A stretch of DNA of 64,000 nt from Macrostomum lignano. Lineage: Eukaryota. Under the pieces are notes generated by a model, which was not told the origin of the DNA, ran no database searches, and saw only the letters and a program-made list of their open reading frames with translations. The stretch covers positions 62,001-126,000 of the forward strand of contig NIVC01000662.1 in NCBI GenBank assembly GCA_002269645.1, in the 5' to 3' direction. A program made the translations under genes and the position numbers. Shown one piece after another: positions 24,891 to 36,559 of the stretch (positions within the stretch are counted from its first letter, which is position 1; each line of letters begins with the position of its first letter).

Positions 24891-27513
24891 CATTGTTCCA
24901 TCTCCCTGACCACTTTGTGGTCGGCGGACCTTGGAACTGTTGTATTGTAAAGAAGCAAATATGTAAAAGTTCTGTCGGATTTCAAAAACTGCTTTGCAAT
25001 TGAACCTCTACAGCCTGAGCTATGGGGGAAGTAAGGGGAAGTAGCTAGCAAATCACATTGCTTCGCGAAATTCGAGCAACCTTTCGAGACTAAAAATAGT
25101 ATACTTATCGAGTGTTCATGACTTTATGAGTCAGGCTTCAAGCCATGCAGCAGCAACAGATCATTTTTATAGTCGGATGCCTAAAAGCAGGGTAGCAGGG
25201 TGCTCCTGCCCACACGGGCCCCACAGCCTGGCCGCCTCATCAGAAGTCCCTCGGTGTGAGTACTGCATGGAACCCTGATGCACAATTTACCACCAAAGAC
25301 GGATGAGGCAGCCTCAGTTATCCACGAGTGCGGCAAGTGCAAGTGCAGCAGAAGGAGAGCAAACCCAGAATAGAACATTGACATCAGCAGCGGCGTCAAC
25401 AGTTTCCCATTGAGTTCCTTAACTCTCTGGAACAGGGTCGGCAAACACATCTTCTCTCCTCTTTCCTCTCTCTCCTCTCTTCTCTCTCCTCTCTCTCCCT
25501 CTCCCCCTCTCTCCCCTCTTCTCTTCGTCAAGGCTAATCGTCAATCAACTCTTTTCGAATGTGATTTAGGCAACAATAGTGACAGGATCCAGCAAAGAGC
25601 AATCTGTATTTATTCTGGGAATTCAAAATTATTCATGGAATCTTTCTTTTCGTTCAAGCAAGTACAGTTCCCACTGCAGGTTTGCTTTTTCATGACTAAC
25701 CAAGGAACTTGGACTTGACTTTTTTCCAAGGGATCAACTTGGTCACCTTGCTTCTTATATGGCCAACTTTATGTTGCATGCAGCATGCTCATGCGTCGAA
25801 CTGCAGCTGGCCTCTTCATCTTTTGTGCAAGGAGGAGGGGGGAACAATTAAGAATTGGGTCTTGCTGATGTCTTGCATACTTGCAAGAGTGTCACATGCA
25901 AAAGCACCACATGCTTTGCCAGCTGATGAGGGATGCAGAAATTGCTTATCGCTTCTTCATTTTACTTAACAGCTACAAATTAATCTTGTCTTACATAAAA
26001 AAGATTCTGTTAAATTTCTGTCCGGACGCTGTAAGTTTAATTTGATTTTATTCTATTACGTTAAAAAATATAGTTAAAAAATACATTAAGTGTTTACCTG
26101 TATCCATCCCAACTATTAACAATATTTGTTTGAGTATGGCTTTAGATTTTATAAATGCATGCAAAAATACTTCCGGAGTTTCGAATTCGACGGTGGGTTC
26201 AAAATCCGTGGGTTTCAATTTTCAACAGCTTGTTGTTCTACATGCATGCATTATACAGTACGTTTTGTATTTTAAGCTATGTGATCTGCTTATTTGAGTG
26301 GCAGTAGGGTAGGACTGCTGGCTAAATATTAATAAGCTTTTTTGTCCAGTAGTGTTACAGGACTATTGGATAAATTATAAATAGTAGGCCTAGTAGTAGG
26401 CCCAAGCTTATTAAAAATAGCCTATTTTAAGGTAAAGCTACAGATAGGCCTATTATGTTTAGCATTGCGTGCATACAATTTACAAAAATAATTAGCAATA
26501 GGCCAATAAGCATAGGCCTAGCTAAGTACTTGTACACTATTTAAGTAGGCCCTAGGCATAGGCCTACTAAAATCTTAAGGGCTCTATCTTAAAAAATTCA
26601 ACATCAACATTGAATTAGGCTATATGTATATTTTTGACCTATTCAAATTCAAATATTTTTCAGTGTTCTAAATTTTATAAACATAGGCCTATAGGCTATA
26701 CAATGTATAAACATTGTTGCTTTAATTAGGCTTACAGATATAGTGCTAGGCTAGGTCTATTATTTAGTATATAGCTTAGCCTTAATCCTAATTCTACTTC
26801 TAATTCTTTGATCTACCTTTGAGTTTGGTTTGGCTTATTATCAACTTCTAATTGACCATTATATATGCCTAACACCTGGCCTATTTGGCTAAGTAGTGAG
26901 GGGCTTAGCCAAGATAAATTGCAAAAATACTGACTAAAAAAATATAGGCATAGATAGTTACTAATTAGGGGGCCTAGATAAGAAGGCATTTAGCCTTAAT
27001 AATATAGTTATAATTACTTTTGCCACTTATCCAAAATTATATTAAGTCATATAGCTGGATAAAATTTTGAAGTTGGGCATATATGTTTACTTTGTCCTTT
27101 AGTATCTTACCAACCCTCTTCTCTATAAACCATAGTATTGAGCAATCTCTTTATAAGTATTGTATCTTAGCAATTTCACTATGACCTATGAGTCTTAATA
27201 TATTATCGTACCTATAATCTAAGCCTTAGTGTCTTAGTAATATTCTAATAAGCCCTAAAATTTCTTTTAATAGTCAGTATTTTAGTAGGGCCTAATTCTT
27301 TCTAATGAGCCTTGATATCTTAGTAATTCTCCCCAAGAGACATAGCATTATAGCAATTTCTCCAAGCCTTGATATATTCCTACTCCTGAATCTTATATAT
27401 ATGCCAGAAAATATCTGCATACAATGAGTAGACCTGAAAAAATGCTTGGCATAAAGTATCTAATATATAGAACAATCTGCAGAAAAATTGTGCCACAGAG
27501 CAAAAAAAATGTC

Positions 27514-28733
27514 TATAGCAAGTAAACTCAGACTGTTAGCACTAAGTGGAAAATAATATGGCTCTTACAAGAGCCAGCAACCAGGGAATATATATTTTGG
27601 GTATAGCACCCCTCCAAGTTATATTGATTGGGCGTGGCTCGATATACATAAGTAAAATACACATGCAACCCCAATTCACATCTCTCCTCTTTTCACAGAA
27701 ATGACTTGCAATTTGGCACTCAAAAAACAAGTAATAGAAAAATAAAAATGCAAATATTAGATACTAAAAGTTGAAATATTGATGTCACAAAAGTAGATTT
27801 AAAAAAATTGACAGTTTACAAATATTGACAGTTGATAGATATTGACCATTCAAATCACTTGTACTGCACTTTGTTGCACATGGATATGGTTGCATTGCTA
27901 GCAGCCCCTGGAGTCTGGATCTCCAGGAAGGGTGCCAGTCATTGTCACTAGTAAAGCATCTGAGATCAGATCCAAGATGACCAGCTTGATGGCTATGCAA
28001 TGACATCAACAGGAAGTGCCATTGCGGTGCAGCTTCAAGGAGTTTCTAGACATTCGTTTGACTTTCCAAGCACCATTCTCAAATGGCGTCTCAAATGGCA
28101 TCAAACCTTCTAAGCTCCAATGCGATGCTGCAGCATGTCATTGCCAAGAGAGTCTTGCAGCTATCCAAAGTTGTAGGCATTGGCTGCTTTACGCAGCCGC
28201 TGGTGCCACCTGTCCACTAACTCTTCTGCCTGCTGTCAACGGGTCTCAAATTTGAAGGGGAGGAAGACAATATTGTTCCTTCTATCCTAGTGTTGCTGGA
28301 TGTTTTTCACAAGGTCCTTGTGACCCTCACCTGCTACAATCTGGTTTTCTTCAACTACATTCTGCAGTTCTTTTCCATATAAAGAAGCAGCTGCTGTACC
28401 CATTTCTCATCAGAAATTCTGGCTGCTGCAATGTAGGTCTCAAACCTGTGAGCCCAAGCTGCCCAATGCTGCGCAGTGGTGTAAGTGTCGCTGTCTATTG
28501 CAAACGGGCTGGGTGGCATTAGTGATATTTGCTGTCATGCTGCTTATCAGTTTGTGGCTTGCGACGCCATTGTGGTGAGTAAACTCAGATGGTTAGCATG
28601 AGGTAAAAGATAGTATGGCTCTCACAAGAGCCCACAACCAGCGAATATATATTTAGGGTGCAGCACCCCTCTGATTCATATTGATCGTGGCCCAATGTAC
28701 ATAAGTAAAGTACACATGCAACCCCAACTCACA
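27514..28733 (-). mobile_element. Internally deleted Ty3/Gypsy-type LTR element, 1220 bp
   Basis: LTRs at 28571-28733 (TG...CA on minus) and 27514-27680; PBS TGGCGTCGCAAG (28558-69); PPT AAAAGAGGAGAGA (27681-93); 5-bp TSD atgtc/aggtc (4/5). Confidence 0.88.
28020..28520 (-). pseudogene. Decayed gag remnant of the LTR element
   Basis: MPPSPFAIDSDTYTTAQHWAAWAHRFETYIAAARISDEKWVQQLLLY...QQAEELVDRWHQRLRKAANAYNFG with stops and frameshifts; W..W..RFE.Y is a Gypsy gag motif. Confidence 0.8.
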
Positions 28734-29729
28734 AGGTCCTTAATTGTCACAATGCAAAAAAGGTCCTTTATTATCATAATGATTTTTTGATAATCTGGCA
28801 TATAGATCACAAGTAAATTTGTTTTTCTGGTATACATTTAAATTTATAGTGTAGGGGGTCATTTTTTCTAGCATATTGTATAATAGATTTGAGAGTATGG
28901 TGATATCTTAGCAATTCTTCCCATGAATCTTTATATCTTATCTTAGCAATTCCCTAACAAATATTTATATAAATTTGACAAAGCAATTCTTTTATATCCA
29001 TATACCAAAATTGTCTGTTGGCAGGTATGTGTATGATCAATTTAAGAAAAATAGTTTTACTAGAACCCTAACCCTATTAAAAACCATGTAGCATATTAGC
29101 CCTTCTTTTATAAGCCACAACATTTTTGCAATGTAAAATTTAGGCCTTATGAAAGTGCAACTAATAGGTTTATCCATTAAACTGATAGGTTTAACTTAGA
29201 ATTTGAAACTTGACAATTAAAATCTACTTTTTCAATTTTAAATGAATGTTATTTATCATACAGCCAAAACTCCCAACTAATTAGATGATGAGGCATTTAG
29301 CCCTTATAATACAGTTATAGTTACTTCTGCCATTTACCTATTTTTATGTTAATTTTGCTTAGGTTTTTTCAGGTAAGTCGCATTTTTGGCTAAAAAGTGT
29401 TGCACAGCCAGTGTAAATCTGGGGTTGCGCATGTATGGTATTTATGTTACAATTTTAGCATGTGCTCTTCACTATATGGCAAAGAAAATGTCTGTTTTGT
29501 ATACCATAAATAATCTTGCATTTGGCTTTTGGATGGCCATGATAGTCAGGCTAAAATAGAATTAAATTGAGGGAATTCCCGAATGCCACACAGCTTTAAG
29601 GAAGTCTCAGCCATAGACTATTCACTCAATCTTTCCTCATCTATGCTTTTGAGTTCTTCATCCCGCAGTGGAACAGAGAAATCAGTTGGAATTTAGCGAA
29701 TTAAAACAAAAACACACTGCAGCTGCGCA

Positions 29730-31771
29730 ATGTCGGACAAGTGCTGCTATTTAGTGGAGTTCGATTACAAAGCCGACCAGGAGGACGAGCTCTCCATAGT
29801 CAAAGGCGAGCTGCTGTACGACGCCGAGCCGGAGGAGGACGGCTGGCTTCGCGGCCGGAACTCGGCGGGCAGGCGCGGCCTGTTCCCTGACAATTTTGTT
29901 AAGCCGTGCCGCCTGGCCACCCTGCGCCGGGTTGACCCGAAGCTGCGCGCCTCCGGCTTGGAGGCCAACTCGGCTGTCTATGCGATGGAGCCGCTGCCAG
30001 CTGCCGGATCCGCCGCTGTGGCGACCGTCTACGTGCCCAAGCTGGCCGCCAAGTTCCCCGTCCCGCTGGCCTATCTGGACATTGACGGCGGGGGTGGCCA
30101 GCCGCCGCACGAGCAGCAGCAGCTGCCGCCGCGCCCCCTGCCCGGGATGGCGCCCACCAGCGCAGTCAGGCAGCACCAGCCGAAGCCTGCGCAGTCGGCG
30201 ACTGCTGGCAGTTCAGCATCGGCCTCGCTGTCTGATAAGGCCAAGCTGCAGATGCACTCGGACTATGTGAAGGTTAGGGAGGCTGGGTTGGAGTGGCTCG
30301 GGTATTGGGGCACAGATCCCAATTACAGACACCCAGATCCCAATTACAGACACCCAGATCCCAATTACAGACACCCAGATCCCAATTACAGACACCCAGA
30401 TTCCAATTACAGAAGCCCGGGTCCCGAATCCATGAAAATATCCCCATTCACGAATCCCCATCTCCATGGCAACGCAGGTGATCCACGCCTACACGGCCCA
30501 GCACCAGGACGAGCTGACCCTCCACATCGGCGACGTGATCCGCGTCACCAACCGCAACCTCAGCGACGACGGCTGGTGGCAGGGCGAGCTGCACGGCCAG
30601 GTCGGCGTGTTCCCCGACAACTTTGTTGAGCCCTGCTCCGCCTCGGCTGCCGCGCCTGCCCGACAGGCCGCCTCCTCGACTGCCGCCGCCGCGCCGGCCC
30701 GGCCGCCTGTCAGCGCCGCCGCCCGGCACCAGAACTCGTCCGGCGGGCTGGACTCCGCCGCTGCACACGCCGGCAGCAACGGCCTGCTGGCTGGCGACCA
30801 CCCGCAGCGGCAGCCGCTGGCCGACGCGGCAGCTGGCAGGCCGCGGCCGGTGGCCGGCAAGAGGCCGCCAAACGGAGCCAATCACAGGGGCCCGGTGAGT
30901 GTCCCACTGGGTATCGGAATCCCAAAGTGTAGTATGGGAATCCCACAGTGTAGGGTATGGGAATCCCACAGTGTAGGGTATGGGAATCCCACAGTTGTAG
31001 GGTATGGGTATCCCACAGTGTAGGGTATGGGAATCCCACAGTGTAGTATGGGAATCCCACAGTGTAGTATGGGAATCCCACAGTGTAGTGTATGGGAATC
31101 CCACAGTGTAGGGTATGGGAATCCCACAGTGTAGGGTATGGGAATCCCACAGTGTAGTATGGGAATCCCACAGTGTAGTATGGGAATCCCACAGTGTAGT
31201 ATGGGAATCCCACAGTGTAGTATGGGAATCCCACAGTGTAGTATGGGAATCCCACAGTGTAGTATGGGAATCCCACAGTGTAGTATGGGAATCCCACAGT
31301 GTAGTATGGGAATCCCACAGTGTAGGGTATGGGAATCCCACAGTTGTAGGGTATGGGAATCCCACAGTGTAAAACACGGTAAAGCTAAATCCAGGTGACC
31401 GCTGGTTGCTAAGGCCCGCATAGCAACTGAGCAGCAATCCATTGAACGCCCCGCAGCATCTGGAAGAGGAGGCCAGCCGCACCGAGAGCTCCCAGCTGAC
31501 CACGGCCGCCACGTCTTACAGCGCGGCTGGCGGGTCCGGTCAGCAGCAGCCGGAGACGCTCGCTGAGCTGCTTCAGGAGGTGCAGCGCCTTCGCTCGGAG
31601 GCGGCCCAGCGCGACCGGGAGATCCTGGAGCTGAGCAGGTTCAAGCGCACGGCTGTGGACAACATCGCGGGCCTGAAAGAGGAGATCGACAATATTAAGA
31701 AGAGCTTTCACGCCTGCTGCGTGGACATGGACCGGGTGAAGCGGGAGCTGGCCAGCCTCAGCAGTATCTGA
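29730..31771 (+). CDS. SH3-domain adaptor, CIN85/CD2AP (Cindr)-like; exons 29730-30272, 30478-30894, 31424-31771; 435 aa
   Basis: SH3-1 (VEFDYKADQEDELSIVKGE...GWLRG...GLFPDNFV); SH3-2 spans a phase-0 intron (YVK|VIHAYTAQHQDELTL...WWQGE...GVFPDNFV); PPRP motif; C-terminal coiled coil; all introns GT-AG, phase 0. Confidence 0.9.
30310..30415. repeat. 21-bp repeat (cacccagatcccaattacaga), about 5 copies, in intron 1 of the SH3 gene
   Basis: Direct reading. Confidence 0.92.
30910..31372. repeat. 21/23-bp minisatellite (tatgggaatcccacagtgtag) in intron 2 of the SH3 gene
   Basis: Direct reading. Confidence 0.95.
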
Positions 31772-33429
31772 GCTTGGTGGAGTGATTGCAGTGCTGGTAG
31801 CGGGGTCTCATTGGCACGGGTTTTACCGTTTTTATCTGCTTTTTAAAAAGATTAATTTTTAAATTTATGTTGTCGAATTTTAGTATCCTAGAATTGATTA
31901 AGTGACTATCGAAGATCCCTGACAATTCAATGATATTGTCAGAGACCAGAATTGTCAGGCATCCCTAAATATTCTAATAAATTGTCACAGATCCATAAAA
32001 ATAAACATTAATTATGAGACATGCCTACGATTCTAAGATAATGTCGGATATCCCAAAGGATGTAAAGAAGTTGTCAAGTAGAAATCATATTTTAATAACA
32101 TGCCGCAATTAGAAGTGCATCCGCACTCCCAACCAATCTGTAATATGGGGACCACAGTGTCGCCGATATGTTGTGTAAATCTCCAAGTTTTTGTTTGTTT
32201 TTTAAATTAGAAATTGTCTCCTTTTTTAACTCAACTTTAACTCTACTTACTCAACTAACAGCTATGAACTGCAGCAGGCTGGGTTCTCACCTGCATGCGT
32301 CATAGTCGTCTGAGTTGCAAGATCCATTGTCTCCAGAAGGGCGAGCACCAATTGTATTATTATATAATGTATACAGGTAATCTAGTTGTACATATTTATT
32401 TTTCCCGCATAAACCTGCATTGTTATACATTGTCTTTTATATCTTGTTTTATAATTTTGTTATTTTTACAAAAAAACAATTGAAAATATGCCCAGCCCAC
32501 CGAATTGCAATTAATTTGAAACATTTTGCTCTCCGAACACTCGACTGTGTGTAAGCAAATTGGCTGACTTTTTAGCTAGCTGTTTATTACTGTAAGGCAG
32601 GGGTCGGCACAACTCCGGCTCTCGGGTCCTGTGAAACCGCACAATAACCAATCCGGCCCGCTCAAGGTTTGTGTCTCTTCTCAGCTCTCCTCTCTCATCT
32701 CCACTTATCTCATCTCCCTCCTCTCGTCTCCCTCCTCTCTCTGCTCTCCCTAGTCTCATCTGGCTGGGCTTGCCGACTCCTGCTGTAAAGCCAGCCACTT
32801 AGTCAACTAGAAGCGCAAAACGTTTATTAAAAAATCGCTGTGAGGCCGCTTTTTTGGCCCAGTCATCACCGTGTAAAAAGGCACCAATTATTCCAATTTC
32901 GCATTGATTTTCTACACAAACACAACAATAACAGACGGACAGAATAAAATTGTCTGCAAATATCTGCCGCTCATATCAATCCAGTGAGCTTGCTTTTCCT
33001 GCCACTGCTCGCGCACCTATCTGTATGTACTTCAGTAGCAGTCCTTCATAGTGCGCCTGAGTAAACAATTTTTAACGACAGTATTTTTGTTGTTGCTTAT
33101 GCCCACATTTCGTTTATTTTGGCGAGCGAACCAGATGGAAGAAAGCAAATAAACGGTTATTGCTGTGCAATATTAACAAATGCTTACTGGTTTCTTTCTC
33201 AATCCAACTTGTCATTTCTGCAATTCTGAGCTCGATGCATGGAAGTATTGATTATACAATAATCATATGCCTAAATAATAACATGATGATTGACTGCCTT
33301 ATTGGTGCTTTCTTGATTTTATTACTTCCGATTAGGTCTGGCTTACTGTTCAGGGACACGTTAACGACTATTTTAGCGACTTTCTAAGTGGCAGGTTTAT
33401 TGGCATACACGCTCGTATATAATTATATC

Positions 33430-34250
33430 TTCCTATATTCTAAGTGACATCTGAGCGACACTCTTAACGACATTTATATCGACATTCTAAGCGACACTCT
33501 TAACGAAAATTATATCGACATTCTAAGCGACACTCTTAACGAAATTTATATCGACATTCTAAGCGACACTCTTAACGAAATTTATGTTGGCATTTTAGGC
33601 GGCACTCTTAGCAACATTCTAAGCGACATTGGAATCGACAGTTATATAGACATTTTAGGGGACACTCCAAACGACATTCGAAGCGAGATTTTATATCGAC
33701 ATTATGCGAGCGTAAGCGACACTTAAATCGACATTCTTAACGATATATATATGACATTCTAAGCAACACTCTTAGCGACATTTATGTTAGAAATTTAGGC
33801 GGCACTCTTAGCAACATTCTAAGTGAAATCTATATCGACATTCTAAGTGACACTCTTAACGACATTTTTATCGACATTCTTAGCGACACTCTTACCGACA
33901 TTCTGAGCGACACTCTTAGCGACATTTATGTTGGCATTTTAGGCGTCACTCTTAGCAACATTCTAAGTGAAAGTTTTATCGACATTCTAAGCGACACTCT
34001 TAACGACATTCCAAGCGATACTTTGCCGACATTCTGAGCGACACTCTTAGCAACATTATAAGCGACATTCCAATTGACATTTATATAGACATTTTAGGGG
34101 ACACTCCAAACGACATTCTAAGCGATTTTTTATATCGACATTATGCGAGCGTAAGCGACACTCAAATCGACATTCGTAACGACATTTATATGACATTCTA
34201 AGCGATACTCTTAGCGACATTCAAATTGATTACGTAAGCGACTCAATTAG
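33430..34250. repeat. Degenerate 12-bp repeat (gacattctaagc / gacactcttaac / gacatttatatc) with a higher-order period of about 440 bp
   Basis: gacactccaaacgacattc at 33661 and 34101; gacattatgcgagcgtaagcgacac at about 33698 and 34137. Confidence 0.9.
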
Positions 34251-35165
34251 CGATCATGCTAAGTGTAAGTCACAATAAAATCCTGTTATACATGTATTTA
34301 CATTTTTAAACACCTGACTAATGATGCATCACTTTAGCTGCATCCTCTGCGGCGAGCATAGTGTACTTTTTAGAATTTTCGAGAAACTTCCTCTCCTCAT
34401 CTCGCTATAATGGGCGGCAACCGTTTGTTTACGTGAATTCGAAAGGTAGGGGGAGGTGGGTCCGACCGAATCAGGGACCGAGCTTCTCCATGCTAAATGC
34501 ACAGCAGTATCGATTTTTGCGTGCCTTGCTGTCCTGTCAGAGGGGGTGCTGGGCTTGGCTGGCTGGGCCGTTCTCATTGATCTTAACGGCGTGCGAGCTT
34601 GAGTGCTTGAGAGAATCTCGGGTGCAGGAGGGGGGCGAGATTAAAGTATTAGAGGGAACAGAGGAGTCCCAGGACTGAGGAGGACTAGGATATGCCGCCC
34701 TACTTCGTTCAATATCTCTCGCCCTTCCTTTCCTTCCCTGCCAGTCATCTCTGCCCATCTCCCTCTCTTACCCATTTCTCCTCTCTCTCAGACGTCTCCC
34801 CCACCCCGCTGCCGTCTAGCAGGGTCCGGCAGCAGGACCAAGAAGTACAGAGGCAGAACTGAGCAGTAGAAACTGAGTCTCATCTAGTAAAGGAGACGGA
34901 GGGAGGAGGGGGAACTGCAGGAGGGAGTTTCTGCTCCCTCCTGCCAGCGGCTGAGAGTTGAGAAAATCCGCGAGGAAGGCAGAGATGGAGGAACAAAATT
35001 CTCAGGCACAGAGGAGGGACTGCCGTCTGTGTGAGCTGCCGCTTAGGAATTCTCCTTTAAAAAGTCACTCTGAAAAATTCTTGCCAGACTGAACAATATT
35101 TCCAATAGGCTTTGTATAAGCATATCTGCCTCCGCCTGCCTGCTGGACTTTGCTGGTGCCTCGAG

Positions 35166-36559
35166 ATGCAGCTTTACCAGTCTGTACTGGCCTCTGTACT
35201 GGTGCTGGCCGTGATCCACCTCATTCTGGGCTCTCTGTCCATCATGTTGGGCACCGTGTCCACCATTCAAGCTGTGGTCTGGATGGCGCATCGGGTGTCG
35301 CCTATCTGGTCTGGCGGATTTGTGAGTCTTTGCAATCGATCAGTCAGTCTGTCTATCCTTTATCAGTGTGTCTTTATCCTTTATTAGTGTGTCTTTATCC
35401 CCATTAAGTGTACCCTTTGTCCTTATTAACTGTGCCTTTATCCTTTATCAGTGTGTATTTATCCCTAAAAACTGTGCTTTTATTCTCATCACCGTGTCTT
35501 TATCCTCAATCAGCGAGTGTCTGTGTTCAGTCTCTGAGAAAATTTATCCTCAATATCAATTAGATATCTCAAATCAACATTAATGTTACTCTTATTACAA
35601 TTTCAGTGAATCCTATTCTATTCTGTAACTACCATAGGTCGTATAAACCGCTTTTCCAATATTTCAGTTCTTTGTCACCGGCATGATCGGGATTGCCTGC
35701 GTGCGAAGGCAGACTATCTACATTGTAAGAGCTGCTTATCTATGCGTACATGACACATGTATGCTAGTACGACACACCGACTTATGGCTTAGGCAAATGC
35801 TCGGTTCTCCAATCGCACTAATCACACAGGTCCAAGTTCCAACTAGACAGCTTCTACGATCTAGAGACACCCCAGGACACAATCCTCATCTAGAGACACC
35901 CAAGAGAACTCTCATCTAGAGACACCCCAGGACACAATCCTCATGTAGAGACACCCTAAGACACAATCCTAATCTAGAGACACCCGAAGACACAATCCTC
36001 ATCTTTTCTAGAGACACCCCAGGACACAATCCTCATCTAGAGACAGAGACACCCCAAGACACAACTCTCATCTAGACATCCCGCTCCCAGAACACAATCC
36101 ACATCTAGAGGCAACCCGGGACACAATACTCCTATGAGATAAGACACACCAGGACACAATATCCACCATTCTCCGATACCCAACAGTCTCAATCCCAATC
36201 CCATCTTTCAGATTCTCTGCTTCTCCGCTTTCTCCGTGGTGTCCCTCCTGACTGCCGTGATCAGCATTCAGCTGCTCAGACTAGGCCTAGTGAACCACAC
36301 AACCGACGGACACACCTACCAGAAAGACACGCTTGACCAGCTGCTGCTAGGCGCTCTTGGCGCGGCCGGTGCCGAATGTGTTGTTTGCATTGTCAGCGGC
36401 ATCATCAGCTGCCGCCTAGCCAAATTAGCCAAGTGTGAGATGGCCAAGAAAAGGGAGGGCATGTTCTACGTGGAAGTCTACGGAGAGAAGGACGTTATGG
36501 TGGTTAGCCGGAGCAATGGCAAGGTTGAGAAGCAGCTGCTGGACACTAGCCAGCTCTGA
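35166..36559 (+). CDS. TMEM196: TMEM196-like (CD20/MS4A-related) membrane protein; exons 35166-35321, 35668-35724, 36212-36559; 186 aa
   Basis: LVLAVIHLILGSLSIMLG...SPIWSGGF|FFVTGMIGIAC...|ILCFSAFSVVSLL...IISCRLA parallels TMEM196 (SPVWSGVC, LTCRLA, recalled from memory); phase-0 GT-AG introns. Confidence 0.8.
35858..36170. repeat. Degenerate repeat of about 29 bp (tctagagacaccccaggacacaatcctca) in intron 2 of the TMEM196-like gene
   Basis: Direct reading. Confidence 0.85.

Noticed and set aside
25180-25970. Cys-containing fragments such as RCEYCMEP
   Set aside because: They are interrupted by stops and could not be assigned to any family.
30910-31372. ATGGGAA (CSL-like) and GGGAATCCC (kB-like) words in every repeat unit
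   Set aside because: Short motifs multiplied by tandem amplification are no evidence of regulation.
30448-31512. 354-aa antisense ORF and related frames
   Set aside because: They are the antisense shadow of GC-rich SH3 exons plus the 21-bp intronic repeat.
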